Shown one piece after another: positions 38,891 through 48,401 of a stretch of DNA of 64,000 nucleotides (its first letter is position 1; each line of letters starts with the position of its first letter). The notes under the pieces are model-generated. The model was not told where the DNA came from. It worked only from the letters and a program-made list of their open reading frames with translations, and searched no databases. A program made the position numbers and the translations under genes. Source of the stretch: a virus; IMG/VR virus record IMGVR_UViG_3300037322_000275, positions 29,082-93,081 of that record, one strand, 5' to 3'.

Positions 38891-39279
38891 TAGCTTGCAA
38901 TATCTATAGATACATTGTATCTGATTTTCATTTTAGTGTTTTTAAACTTGTCAACAACCATTGCTTGAAATTGTGATTTCTGGTTTTTAAAAGCACCATT
39001 GTTTTCTTTTCTAAAATCTTTGTAATCTTTTTTAGCATTGTACTTTTCAATTTTACTAAATTCAGATACGTTTTCAACCTTTTCAGGGCTTTCAATAGAT
39101 TCTAAACTAAAGCTAGTTGCTTTTTTGTCGTAAGCTGTAGTTTCAAAAAGATTGTTTAATTGATTTACAGATACTCTACGACCTTTTGAGTCAAACAAAC
39201 ATTCTTTGTTGATTGGTTGTAAAATTCTAGTACCGTCTTCAAAGTTGTAAGTTACTGTTGTAATTTCTTGATTGTTCAT
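38890..39279 (-). CDS. Hypothetical protein
   Basis: 129 aa ORF. Confidence 0.65.
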   Translation of the reverse strand: MNNQEITTVTYNFEDGTRILQPINKECLFDSKGRRVSVNQLNNLFETTAYDKKATSFSLESIESPEKVENVSEFSKIEKYNAKKDYKDFRKENNGAFKNQKSQFQAMVVDKFKNTKMKIRYNVSIDIAS

Positions 39280-39321
39280 AATTTTAATGTTTAAGTTAGT
39301 TAATTTTAAGTTTTTATTTTG

Positions 39322-39819
39322 TTATAACATGTATTGTATTTTAAATCCTGCATTTTGTCGGTATCCTGGATCACCTCCTGTAAATTTAAAGTCTTCTCTG
39401 TAATCATTAGATAATCTAATACCTATGTTAAATTTTGTTGATGGTATATTCCATAGTATATTTAGTTCTTGACCAAACAAGGGATAAATAATATCTGCTC
39501 GTTTAATAAATCCACCACGTATTCCTATTGTATATCTCATTTGTTTAAAATAACCACTAGTAAAGCTTAAACCTACACCACCTGCTAAATCTATATAACC
39601 ACCTTCTAATGCTGGAAGTATTTGTGAAGCAACTTTTACATAACCAAAGTTTTCTTCATATTCAAATTCAAATATTAAATTTGGTGATCTCTTTTCCAAT
39701 GTTGGTTTAGGTTCAACTGTAACAGAAACGTTAGTTCCTGAAGTTTCACTAAATCTAAATCCTTGTGCATATACTGATATATTAATCAATAACAATGCAA
39801 TTAATAATTTTGTTTTCAT
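39322..39819 (-). CDS. Putative small outer-membrane beta-barrel protein
   Basis: Signal peptide (..SVYA-Q), amphipathic beta-strands, terminal strand AGFKIQYML. Confidence 0.6.
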   Translation of the reverse strand: MKTKLLIALLLINISVYAQGFRFSETSGTNVSVTVEPKPTLEKRSPNLIFEFEYEENFGYVKVASQILPALEGGYIDLAGGVGLSFTSGYFKQMRYTIGIRGGFIKRADIIYPLFGQELNILWNIPSTKFNIGIRLSNDYREDFKFTGGDPGYRQNAGFKIQYML

Positions 39820-39990
39820 TTTTGTTTATTTTTGATTAATTTTGTTTTGGATGTAGTAAAAGATAATTAAAAAAATAAACACATTATAAGATTTACTCAA
39901 GATATAATTGATTGGCTATATCTCTTTCAAAGATGTATTGAATTGTTTAAAATTCAAACTCATAATGTGTTTTTAAAATATTGTATATAT

Positions 39991-40191
39991 TTAAAGAACG
40001 TCACATTTTAAAGTGTTTTGTCTCACTATTCCAAAAACTCTTTGCCCAAATTTCAGTGAGGTAAGTTCTTTCGTTGACACATTGCAATGTGGAAAGATTT
40101 TAGACTTACATTTACAACAAACACAACTGCTGATACAGTTTTCTAATGTGTATACAGCACGCCATATACATTCATTATTGTTTGTCTTCAA
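39991..40191 (-). CDS. Small Cys-rich hypothetical protein
   Basis: 66 aa with 8 Cys; start codon weak. Confidence 0.35.
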   Translation of the reverse strand: MKTNNNECIWRAVYTLENCISSCVCCKCKSKIFPHCNVSTKELTSLKFGQRVFGIVRQNTLKCDVL

Positions 40192-40212
40192 TCAAATAGT
40201 TTAATTATATTG

Positions 40213-40416
40213 TTAATTTCTTTTTCTCGAACCTACTATAATACAGTAGATAAGATTAATGTTTGCAAGTACTCCAATTAATGGAAAACTCGGCAATTCT
40301 TTAGGACCAAAGTTAAGTCCTAGTACAAATGTAAACACCACTATTACTAGTGATATAATGAACCATGTTTCCCAGACAGTTTGTTTGCTGTCTGAGTAAG
40401 TTTTAGTTGCTTCCAT
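40213..40416 (-). CDS. Small two-TM membrane protein
   Basis: Two hydrophobic helices. Confidence 0.65.
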   Translation of the reverse strand: MEATKTYSDSKQTVWETWFIISLVIVVFTFVLGLNFGPKELPSFPLIGVLANINLIYCIIVGSRKRN

Positions 40417-40419
40417 AAT

Positions 40420-40617
40420 TTATTCGTCTTTAGATGCTTCGTTAATAATCATTATTGCAAAACAAACACTCGTACATATTCCAAGAAATTGACATATCCA
40501 ATGAAATATTGTGTAAGTTTCAAATTCAAAAGCTGTACCTAAAGTACAAAGCCCTTCAAGTGCTATCAATAGCAATAAACTTAAAGATATTGCAAATACA
40601 TATTTTATTGTTTTCAT
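40420..40617 (-). CDS. Small two-TM membrane protein
   Basis: Two hydrophobic helices. Confidence 0.65.
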   Translation of the reverse strand: MKTIKYVFAISLSLLLLIALEGLCTLGTAFEFETYTIFHWICQFLGICTSVCFAIMIINEASKDE

Positions 40618-40628
40618 AATTTTTTGTT

Positions 40629-40799
40629 TTAGATGTTATTTTTTCCGTAGTTATATATTCTCGATATTAATAAACTGAAAAATAGAGATATAGATATATT
40701 ATATATCCAGTCAATATTATCACTTAGTTTACAATCAATAATTGTATACATACTCATGTAAAAAAGAAACAACCATGCAATTGTTTTAAATTCCTTCAT
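40629..40799 (-). CDS. Small two-TM membrane protein (56 aa, not in ORF track)
   Basis: MKEFKTIAWLFLFYMSMY...; start context CTAAAACAAACAATATTATGAA is the same as at 41108. Confidence 0.55.
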   Translation of the reverse strand: MKEFKTIAWLFLFYMSMYTIIDCKLSDNIDWIYNISISLFFSLLISRIYNYGKNNI

Positions 40800-40823
40800 A
40801 ATATTGTTTGTTTTAGCTAGTAT

Positions 40824-41108
40824 TTATTTCCAATTATTATCATCATTATTATAAGAATTATGATTAGAAATTAATTTATTTACTTCATTATTACTTGTAA
40901 TTAAAATATTTTCTCTAATTTCAGCAGTAATTTCAAATGGACTATTAATTGAGCTTTGTTCAATTGAATCCACATACAGTTGATCTACTTTAGCTACTGC
41001 TAATTCGTAGCTGTCATACACATTGATCAAAACCTCATGTCTATGTGACATATAATGTTCTGGAGTATCATTATCTATTGTAATCGAATAAACACTATAT
41101 AATTTCAT
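40824..41108 (-). CDS. Hypothetical protein
   Basis: 94 aa ORF. Confidence 0.65.
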   Translation of the reverse strand: MKLYSVYSITIDNDTPEHYMSHRHEVLINVYDSYELAVAKVDQLYVDSIEQSSINSPFEITAEIRENILITSNNEVNKLISNHNSYNNDDNNWK

Positions 41109-41833
41109 AATATTGTTTGTTTTAGTTGTTAGTTAGTTTATTAAAATACTCTTAACTATTATTGAGTATACACATCATTTAAATAGAACCAAATACTTAG
41201 GACATAACCTTTAGTATTAACAAAGGGCTGATGAGTTAAAATTATATGTAGATAGTGGTTAAAATGTAACCATTATTTGTAGATTGTTGGTGATTATGTA
41301 TTAAAATTTGTATAATCGTCGTTATTAATGACAGCAATTATTACAATAAATACAGAAATTATAATGATATAAATCATGTGAATTGTTATTAAATGTTAGT
41401 GTAAAAGCTATAGATTATTAACAGTGTGTATTAGTTTAGTCAGCGATAAAGTGTGATATTGTGGGATTGAGGTTATACAAGCCTTAACAAACCCAGTCAT
41501 ACTGCGACTTAACAGAGGTTCTACTGTGTTTTATCTTTATAATAATCACGTATTACAGAGATTACAATCGCAACAACCACAATGAACCCACCTACTATTG
41601 TATTTATTAAAGTGTCTTGAATTAAGTCCATAATATTGGTGATTTATTAATGTATATATATTAAGGTATAAAATATACCACCTAAATGAATAATTTGAGA
41701 GAGACAAAGTAGTTAGTCAATTCAAATTAAAACACATTTACGAAGTTAGTGTTATTAGGTGGTCTATTTATAATGTGATCTATTGAGTCTATTTATACTG
41801 GGATACAAAAGTAACTTCCAGAGTCTAGTGTGT

Positions 41834-41865
41834 AAAAAAAGAAATAACCTCCGAAGAGGCTATCT
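41834..41865 (-). terminator. Intrinsic terminator with C(UUCG)G tetraloop
   Basis: ATAGCCTC-TTCG-GAGGTTAT followed by TTCTTTTTTT on the minus strand. Confidence 0.85.
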
Positions 41866-41869
41866 AGGT

Positions 41870-42193
41870 TTATGCGTCTGCTTCAACTCCGTCTTCAACA
41901 GTCTCACGCTTAAGTTTACCTGCACCTAAGTCTTTACGTAATTGTAAGAACTCAAGAACACCAACTTTAGTGATAACAGTTGTTTGCACGTTATCAGGAT
42001 ACTCTGGATCTGTGTGGTTATCACATAGATAAAGAGCATTTTCTTCAAAGTTTCCACGTTTAAACATGGTACCATTGATAATAGACCCTTTAGCAACACC
42101 TGCAACGATGTCACCGATGAATGGCATGTGATCATTGTGATCTGCTTTGAAAATGTCTGTGTTAGACGTCTGTGTAAATTTAGCTATGAACAT
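41870..42193 (-). CDS. Hypothetical protein, first gene of the minus-strand block
   Basis: Start at MFIAKF (42193) preferred; own terminator; GC appears higher than neighbours. Confidence 0.7.
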   Translation of the reverse strand: MFIAKFTQTSNTDIFKADHNDHMPFIGDIVAGVAKGSIINGTMFKRGNFEENALYLCDNHTDPEYPDNVQTTVITKVGVLEFLQLRKDLGAGKLKRETVEDGVEADA

Positions 42194-42373
42194 AATACGA
42201 TATTTTATGAATTGTGGTCGAGTCACGACATCAACAATTCTGGTTATGACAAATACTCCGACGAGTACCTCCCAAAATTTGAAAAGAGTGGGGTGAGTTT
42301 TAGGTTATAAAGCGCTTTCAGTCAATATAAAATTTCAAAAATAAAAAAAAAATAAAAAAAATTACCACTTTTG

Positions 42374-42404
42374 TTAGGATATGTGGAATTAATTTTGTAT
42401 CTTG
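42374..42404 (+). promoter_or_regulatory. Bacteroidota-type promoter
   Basis: TTAGGA-N18-TATCTTG. Confidence 0.7.
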
Positions 42405-42419
42405 CATAAAATTAAAATT

Positions 42420-42794
42420 ATGGATAATTGGTATATTAATAATAAAGAACGACAAAACAAAAAGTCTGTAGAATACATGAAGTTAAAAAGACAAACTGAT
42501 CCTTTATACAAAATGAAGTGTAATTTAAGAAGAAGAATTAGAAATTTAAAGTTAACAGATAAACCTTCAACTTTAGATATATTAGGGACTGATTATAAAA
42601 CAATATTTGATCATATTGCAAGTAAGTTTTTAAACACAATGAGTTGGGATAACTATGGACAATGGCATATAGATCATATAACACCGTTGTCAAGTGGGAA
42701 AACTGATATTGATAAAATAAAACTAAGTCATTATACTAATCTACAACCTTTATGGGCTAAAGATAATTTAAGTAAAGGTTGTAGTATTACATAA
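42420..42794 (+). CDS. HNH endonuclease
   Basis: WHIDHITPLSS...HYTNLQPLWAKDNLSKG. Confidence 0.85.
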   Translation: MDNWYINNKERQNKKSVEYMKLKRQTDPLYKMKCNLRRRIRNLKLTDKPSTLDILGTDYKTIFDHIASKFLNTMSWDNYGQWHIDHITPLSSGKTDIDKIKLSHYTNLQPLWAKDNLSKGCSIT

Positions 42795-42871
42795 AAGCTA
42801 TTAATAATCTACTTAAAACTGAAAATAAACCATAAATAATTAGGAATTCTTAATTAAATGTTGTATCTTTG
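42793..42871 (+). promoter_or_regulatory. Promoter with upstream AAAAGCTATTAA box
   Basis: Box at 42793; TTAGGA(42840)-N18-TATCTTTG(42864). Confidence 0.75.
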
Positions 42872-42886
42872 TAGCTCAATAAAATA

Positions 42887-43156
42887 TCTTACTTTGAAAG
42901 ATGCTCTGCTGGATACCATAAATTTGCTCCAGTATCAAAGGGTTAAGTAAGAATCTGGAATCCAATCGTTCCCAATAATTCAAGTATGTAAATTGATTTA
43001 ATAAATAGTGTCACGAACTAAAAATGCTTTAAATAGTAGTTAAATCTTGGATAATGCACTGTTTACATTACAAGAAGAAGTTAAAATATGACGGTTTATG
43101 CAATACACATCAGTTTGCATATAGGGATTTCTATATCTAGTTGTTAAATTAGATAT
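42887..43156 (+). ncRNA. Putative structured leader / ncRNA
   Basis: No ORF in the track; multiple nested stems directly downstream of the promoter. Confidence 0.5.
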
Positions 43157-43188
43157 TAAATATTTAATTAATTAAATTATTATATATA

Positions 43189-43731
43189 ATGGTGTATTTT
43201 ATATCAGATGGTATCTATACTAAAATAGGTAAAAGTAAAACTCCTTTAACTAGGATTAAAGATTTACAAACAAGTAATGCAAATAAATTATTCTTTACAC
43301 ATTTATTTGATGTTCAAGATAAATATGAAAAAACATTACATAAATTATTTAAAAATTTTAAAACAGAATCAAATAATGAATGGTTTAATTTAAAAGACGT
43401 TAATATTGAACATATATTAAAAGGAAATTTATTTAGCATTCCTCAATTTTTAGATATTAAATTAGCAACTTTTAAAGCTTCTCAATTTAATACAAAAGAA
43501 CTAAAAGTTTTTAAACAAAATCAAAAAGTTTTAAGTTTAGAAACTTATGAAAAAAGTAAAGTTAAAAAAATAATAGAAGATGTTAAAGATTGTTTAAAAA
43601 ATAAAAAAAAAACAAGAATATCTTACTATAAATATATTGTTGATTATGGGTTTACAAAAGAACAAATTTCTTTTTTTATAAAATCAGCTCAATTAAACAA
43701 ATTAGTTGCAAAACATAATAATAATATTTAA
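43189..43731 (+). CDS. T5orf172 / GIY-YIG-like protein
   Basis: VYFI...KIGKS...RIKDLQT...EKTLH...EWF. Confidence 0.8.
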   Translation: MVYFISDGIYTKIGKSKTPLTRIKDLQTSNANKLFFTHLFDVQDKYEKTLHKLFKNFKTESNNEWFNLKDVNIEHILKGNLFSIPQFLDIKLATFKASQFNTKELKVFKQNQKVLSLETYEKSKVKKIIEDVKDCLKNKKKTRISYYKYIVDYGFTKEQISFFIKSAQLNKLVAKHNNNI

Positions 43732-43756
43732 TTATGGTTATGGGAATCTTATATTT

Positions 43757-43789
43757 AGACCTTTTACTTATGTATTAGGTCTTTTTTTT
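43757..43789 (+). terminator. Intrinsic terminator
   Basis: AGACCT...AGGTCT followed by T-run. Confidence 0.6.
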
Positions 43790-43817
43790 GCTTTATTTTA
43801 AAATAAATCACTTTTTA

Positions 43818-43849
43818 TTAGGATATGTCAAATATATGTTGTACCTTTG
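43818..43849 (+). promoter_or_regulatory. Bacteroidota-type promoter
   Basis: TTAGGA-N18-TACCTTTG. Confidence 0.75.
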
Positions 43850-43881
43850 TATAAGAAATAAAGTAAATGAAAAACATATAA

Positions 43882-44067
43882 ATGAAACAACCTAAATTTA
43901 ACATAGGAGATAGAGTATATCATAATACTCCTGATTCAGAAGAAGGTCTTATAATGGATATATTGTATTCGTTAAGATATAGAGAATATGTTTACACTAT
44001 AGTTGTTGGGTTTGAACATAATTATGAATGTTTAGAAGATGAACTAACAGACGAAAAAGTATTTTAA
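43882..44067 (+). CDS. Small SH3/KOW-like protein
   Basis: PKFNIGDRVYH...G.I...EDEL. Confidence 0.6.
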   Translation: MKQPKFNIGDRVYHNTPDSEEGLIMDILYSLRYREYVYTIVVGFEHNYECLEDELTDEKVF

Positions 44068-44192
44068 TATGAATGAAGAAGAAAGAATATATTACAATGA
44101 TGAATGGAATGCTAAAGATTTAAAGTTTCCAAAAGTTACTAAAGAAATAAGAAATGATGAATTTTATAATAAGTACTGTAACAAAAAAATAA

Positions 44193-44471
44193 ATGATAAT
44201 AGACATACAAAATAAACACGACGAAATAGAACAAGAAATTATAGATAACCAAAAAAGTATATTTAGTCTTTATAACTACTATACAAAGAAATGGAAAGGT
44301 GATAGACTAAATGATATTAACGTAGGTCTATTTTTAAATGATTCACAACAACCTACAGTACAAATCTTTGTTAGAAATAAAACAGGTTATATTAAATCAC
44401 ATGTTATATTTAATAAAGTAGGGGATTCAATAATAGACACTAACATTATAAATTATAAACTTAATGATTAA
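44193..44471 (+). CDS. Hypothetical protein
   Basis: 92 aa ORF in coupled operon. Confidence 0.6.
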   Translation: MIIDIQNKHDEIEQEIIDNQKSIFSLYNYYTKKWKGDRLNDINVGLFLNDSQQPTVQIFVRNKTGYIKSHVIFNKVGDSIIDTNIINYKLND

Positions 44472-44670
44472 AGCTGAATCTAAAGAACAAGATAGAATTA
44501 ACAGTATTAAAAAAGCAAGTGAGCATTTTGATCAAAAATCAATTAATCCTAAAGAATTAGAATATTGGAAGAATATATTTCCAACTAAAACAGATAAAGA
44601 ATTAGAAGTTTACAGAGTAAAGTGGAGTAATGAAAATCCTAAATATTTAAAGTTTAAAAATATAAAATAA
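44464..44670 (+). CDS. Hypothetical protein
   Basis: 68 aa ORF. Confidence 0.6.
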   Translation: MIKAESKEQDRINSIKKASEHFDQKSINPKELEYWKNIFPTKTDKELEVYRVKWSNENPKYLKFKNIK

Positions 44671-44921
44671 TGTCAACATATACAAAAAACGGAGCAAGAC
44701 AAGTTAAACTCCAACAGAAAGTAAAAATTAAAAAACAAGTAAAAGAATTTTATACTAGAGTAGAACAGATAAACGAAATTTCAAAATATTTAGTTACATT
44801 AGAAGATAAAGTAACTGAAGACAACATTGATGCTATTGTTTCTGAATTAATAGGTAGAGAATTAGATAGTCTTGAAAAAACAATGATATTAAGTAAATTA
44901 AACAGTTTAAATGAAACATAA
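44670..44921 (+). CDS. Hypothetical protein
   Basis: 83 aa ORF. Confidence 0.6.
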   Translation: MSTYTKNGARQVKLQQKVKIKKQVKEFYTRVEQINEISKYLVTLEDKVTEDNIDAIVSELIGRELDSLEKTMILSKLNSLNET

Positions 44922-45195
44922 GATAACACTCAGCAATATTTATAATTATCTAGAGGGAAATTCTCAACTAATACTAGAAAATCTAAATATACAACCTCAA
45001 CATTTAAAAGAACAAATCGCATACAGAAGATTAATATGTAAAGATGACTGTATGAAGACAGGAAAATGTATTAAATGTGGTTGTGAGTTTTATGGTAGAA
45101 CTTCTACTAAAGAAAGCTGTAACAGTGATAGATTTGGAGAACTTGTTAATAAAACAGAATGGGATAAATTTAAAGAAATAAATAAAATTGAATAA
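44911..45195 (+). CDS. Cys-rich metal-binding protein
   Basis: RRLICKDDC...CIKCGC...SC. Confidence 0.65.
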   Translation: MKHKITLSNIYNYLEGNSQLILENLNIQPQHLKEQIAYRRLICKDDCMKTGKCIKCGCEFYGRTSTKESCNSDRFGELVNKTEWDKFKEINKIE

Positions 45196-45388
45196 TACAT
45201 ATACAACAATAGAAAAAGATTTAAAAGTTGCTTTAGATCAAGTAGATAATTTTAAAACTAAAATGGAATTGTTTTCAAGTAAATATCCCAGTTTTAAATA
45301 TAATGTAGTAATAAATAAAAAAGATGAAGACTGGATTACAGAATTAAACATATATAACAATGAAGAAAAACAAACTCAAACATCTTAA
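45188..45388 (+). CDS. Hypothetical protein
   Basis: 66 aa, TTG start. Confidence 0.5.
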   Translation: MNNTYTTIEKDLKVALDQVDNFKTKMELFSSKYPSFKYNVVINKKDEDWITELNIYNNEEKQTQTS

Positions 45389-45674
45389 AAGCCTATACAA
45401 GCATGTAGAGTATTATAATAAACTTGGACCTTTTCCAACATATGATACTTCTTGGGTAAACGATATTAAAAACATAATTAAAGAAATGGAACAAGACAAT
45501 AAAAAAGACTACGATGCAGAACCAGTTGTAGCATGTAAATACTGTAAAAGTTTACACATTATTACAGATGAAGATGTAAATAATGTATGTATGAGATGTG
45601 GGTCAGTTAATGAAATTAAAGAATTTGAAAATATTTATAAATATAATGACTTTGTAAATGACAAAAATACCTAA
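45360..45674 (+). CDS. Zinc-finger protein
   Basis: YDAEPVVACKYCKSL...CMRCGS. Confidence 0.7.
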   Translation: MKKNKLKHLKSLYKHVEYYNKLGPFPTYDTSWVNDIKNIIKEMEQDNKKDYDAEPVVACKYCKSLHIITDEDVNNVCMRCGSVNEIKEFENIYKYNDFVNDKNT

Positions 45675-46317
45675 TACAGAAAAAAGAGGATTGAGAACAG
45701 AGCCCAAATTAAATGTAGATTTAAACGAAGAGCAAAAAGAGTTTGTTGAGTTGTTTTATCAATATGACGTAAACTTTCTTTTAGGAGATTTTGGTTCAGG
45801 TAAATCTTTAGCTGCTGTACACACTGCAATTAAAGCTTTTAGAAAAAAGCAGTTTGATAACATATGGATTACAAGACCTATGATAAAAAATAGTTTAGCT
45901 GCTTTACCTGGAACATTAGAAGAGAAAATGGCACCATATACATACCCTATAATTCAAAACTTAGAAGTATGTCAAGGTAAACCAACAACTGAAAAGATGT
46001 TAAAAGATGGTTTAATTAAAGTAATGCCTATTGAAGTAGCTAAAGGAATTACATTTATTAAATCTGTAGTTATTGTTGATGAATTTCAAGATATGGAATA
46101 CGGTGACTTTAGAACAATACTTACCAGATTAGGTAAAGACAGTAAAATGATTTTTTGTGGTTCACTAGAACAAGTAGATAAACAAATTAACAAGAACAGT
46201 TGTATTTACAAAATACTAAAACTAAAAGATAGTAATTTAGTAGGCTACAAAACATTAAAATCTAATCACAGAAATTCAGTGCTAGTAGACATTATTAAAT
46301 ATTTAGAAGATGGGTAG
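45658..46317 (+). CDS. phoH: PhoH family ATPase
   Basis: GDFGSGKS, ITRP, LPGTLEEK, VDEFQD, LTRLG, NHR. Confidence 0.92.
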   Translation: MTKIPNTEKRGLRTEPKLNVDLNEEQKEFVELFYQYDVNFLLGDFGSGKSLAAVHTAIKAFRKKQFDNIWITRPMIKNSLAALPGTLEEKMAPYTYPIIQNLEVCQGKPTTEKMLKDGLIKVMPIEVAKGITFIKSVVIVDEFQDMEYGDFRTILTRLGKDSKMIFCGSLEQVDKQINKNSCIYKILKLKDSNLVGYKTLKSNHRNSVLVDIIKYLEDG

Positions 46318-46467
46318 TATAAGAAATATTAAAATTATTATGGATATGTTTAGAGATTGGGATAACGATTGGAAAAGTTTTGATTTAGGTTTTAGTAAAA
46401 AACCAATCAGTGCTCAAAAATTTATGGCATTAATTTCTAGACATTATAAAATAAAAAGTAAAAAAAA

Positions 46468-46851
46468 ATGAATAATATAAAAAGTGCTACACTAAATGTT
46501 AAATTAAAGAATTTCTTTTTTAGGTATGTTGAATTCTTAAAACCTTTTCACAACTTAACAAATCAAGAACAAAAAGTAGTAGCTTTATTTTTATATTATC
46601 ACTATAAGTTAGGTAAAGAAATAACAAATAATAAAGTACTATGGAAAGAAGTCTTTGATTACGACACAAGAAGATTGATTATTGAAGAAGTGGGAATGCA
46701 AGATAGTGTGTTACAAAATATATTAACTTCTCTTAGAAAAAAGAAAGTAATTATTGACAAACAGATATCTAAAAATTATATTCCCGATTTATTAGATGAT
46801 CCTAAGTCTTTTGTTATAACTTTTAACTTCAATATTAATTATGAACAATAA
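46468..46851 (+). CDS. Putative winged-HTH DNA-binding protein
   Basis: LTNQEQKV...IIEEVGMQDSVLQNILTSLRKKKVI. Confidence 0.55.
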   Translation: MNNIKSATLNVKLKNFFFRYVEFLKPFHNLTNQEQKVVALFLYYHYKLGKEITNNKVLWKEVFDYDTRRLIIEEVGMQDSVLQNILTSLRKKKVIIDKQISKNYIPDLLDDPKSFVITFNFNINYEQ

Positions 46852-47149
46852 GATAGAAGATTTTAAGGTAAAAAGAATAATACATACAATAGGGTTAAAC
46901 AACAATTTAACTGACGAACAAATTAAAGAAATAATTGAATCTCAATTTAGATTTACTTATCAAGAAATAAAAAAGTTAAAATTAGAAGGATTATCTGATG
47001 AAGAAATGGATAATTTAAAAACGACGTTTTATTACAAATATATAGGTAAGCTATATACAGATAATAAAATAATAAAAGGTCATGAAAATAGACTTAATTA
47101 CTTAAACAATCAAATTAGAAAAAAGAATGGAAGAAAAGAAGAATCTTAG
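46841..47149 (+). CDS. HU/IHF-like DNA-binding protein
   Basis: IIHTIG...LTDEQIKEIIESQF...FYYKYIGKL. Confidence 0.55.
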   Translation: MNNKIEDFKVKRIIHTIGLNNNLTDEQIKEIIESQFRFTYQEIKKLKLEGLSDEEMDNLKTTFYYKYIGKLYTDNKIIKGHENRLNYLNNQIRKKNGRKEES

Positions 47150-47525
47150 TAGAGAAGAAATTTTAGAAATTATAAAAGTGTTTTCAGAAAAGCCAATGTT
47201 TGGAAAAGTGATTATCACGTTAAATTCAGAATATGATGAAGACGAAAATGAAGATGCTTTAGATTTTTCTAACAATGTCATGTCTGAATTTCAATATGTC
47301 ATTGCTGTTGGGGAAAACGTAAAACAAATTGAACCAGGAGACCTGGTTAGAGTAGATATTGAAAAAATGACAACTAAAGAAATAAATCCAAACAATTCGC
47401 ATGAAATGTTATCAAGTATTAAACTATCTCCTATTGTTTATGGAGATTATGTTTTTGCAATACTTGAAGACCGATTAATATTAACAAAATTTACTAACAC
47501 ACAAACACTACAGACAAATGAATAA
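47127..47525 (+). CDS. groS: Co-chaperonin GroES-like protein
   Basis: KPMFGKVII, VIAVGENVKQIEPGDLV, ILEDRLIL. Confidence 0.7.
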   Translation: MEEKKNLSREEILEIIKVFSEKPMFGKVIITLNSEYDEDENEDALDFSNNVMSEFQYVIAVGENVKQIEPGDLVRVDIEKMTTKEINPNNSHEMLSSIKLSPIVYGDYVFAILEDRLILTKFTNTQTLQTNE

Positions 47526-47835
47526 ATTATACTCACAAATCACGTCACTAATTATTGTAACTGCTTTAGCTATTTCTTTTGCTTTTGGAATTGTTGATCT
47601 AGCAACTGTTGTTTCTGCATCTACTGCAATTCTAGGTATTATCTATGGTTTATATAAACAGTATGAAACAGACGCTATTGCTGCATCATTAGAAAGTAAA
47701 GAACTAGAAAATCTAGAACTAAAGTTTGAAATAGAAAATATTAATAGTTTAAAAACACCTTTAACATTTACTACAACGGATTCTGTTTTAGACAAAGTAA
47801 AGCGTACAAAGAAAGTACAAAAACCTAAACAATAA
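47518..47835 (+). CDS. Two-TM membrane protein, possible holin
   Basis: Two N-terminal TM helices and a charged basic C-terminus. Confidence 0.5.
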   Translation: MNKLYSQITSLIIVTALAISFAFGIVDLATVVSASTAILGIIYGLYKQYETDAIAASLESKELENLELKFEIENINSLKTPLTFTTTDSVLDKVKRTKKVQKPKQ

Positions 47836-48401
47836 TGAATGGTTTTATATTAAAAGATGGAGTTCTCAGCGTTGAAGATCAATGCTGGGGACTTTCTCCA
47901 TTTAAAAAAATACTGAAAAGAGATAAAACTCGTAACAAAGATATGTCTTTAAAAGAAATGTTATTTGTGTATTATTATGCAGATATTAAATCAGATTATT
48001 TAATTATACCTGATTTAAAAGAAAGAACTAAAGAAATAATAAATGATGTTGAGTTACCTAGTGATTGGAAAATAGATAATGTTATGGAAGAAGCTATTAT
48101 TTTTTATGAAAATAGAAGTTTAACTGTCATTGGTAAACTATACAGAGATGCATTAACTTCTGTACATGAGATGAGTGAATATCTAAAGAAAACAGGAGAA
48201 CTGTTAAATGAACGTACTGCTAATGGTGGAACTGTTACAACACTGTCTATGATTGCAGGAACTCAAGAAAAATTACCAAAAATTATGCAGAATTTAAAGA
48301 TTGCAGAAAAAGAAGTGCTAAAAGAAAAAAGCGAACTGGAAGGAAAGATGAAGGGTAAACAAACTTTTGGAATGTTTGAAGAAGGATTAAATATTGATTA
48401 A
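47835..48401 (+). CDS. Putative terminase small subunit
   Basis: Helical 188 aa protein upstream of TerL; called from position only. Confidence 0.5.
   Translation: MNGFILKDGVLSVEDQCWGLSPFKKILKRDKTRNKDMSLKEMLFVYYYADIKSDYLIIPDLKERTKEIINDVELPSDWKIDNVMEEAIIFYENRSLTVIGKLYRDALTSVHEMSEYLKKTGELLNERTANGGTVTTLSMIAGTQEKLPKIMQNLKIAEKEVLKEKSELEGKMKGKQTFGMFEEGLNID

Noticed and set aside
40795-41125. 22-bp direct repeat CTAAAACAAACAATATTATGAA (minus strand) at two gene starts
   Set aside because: Adequately explained as duplicated A-rich translation initiation regions of adjacent genes
41403-41414. AAAAGCTATAGA, a near match to the late box
   Set aside because: Two mismatches and no -7 element 71 bp downstream
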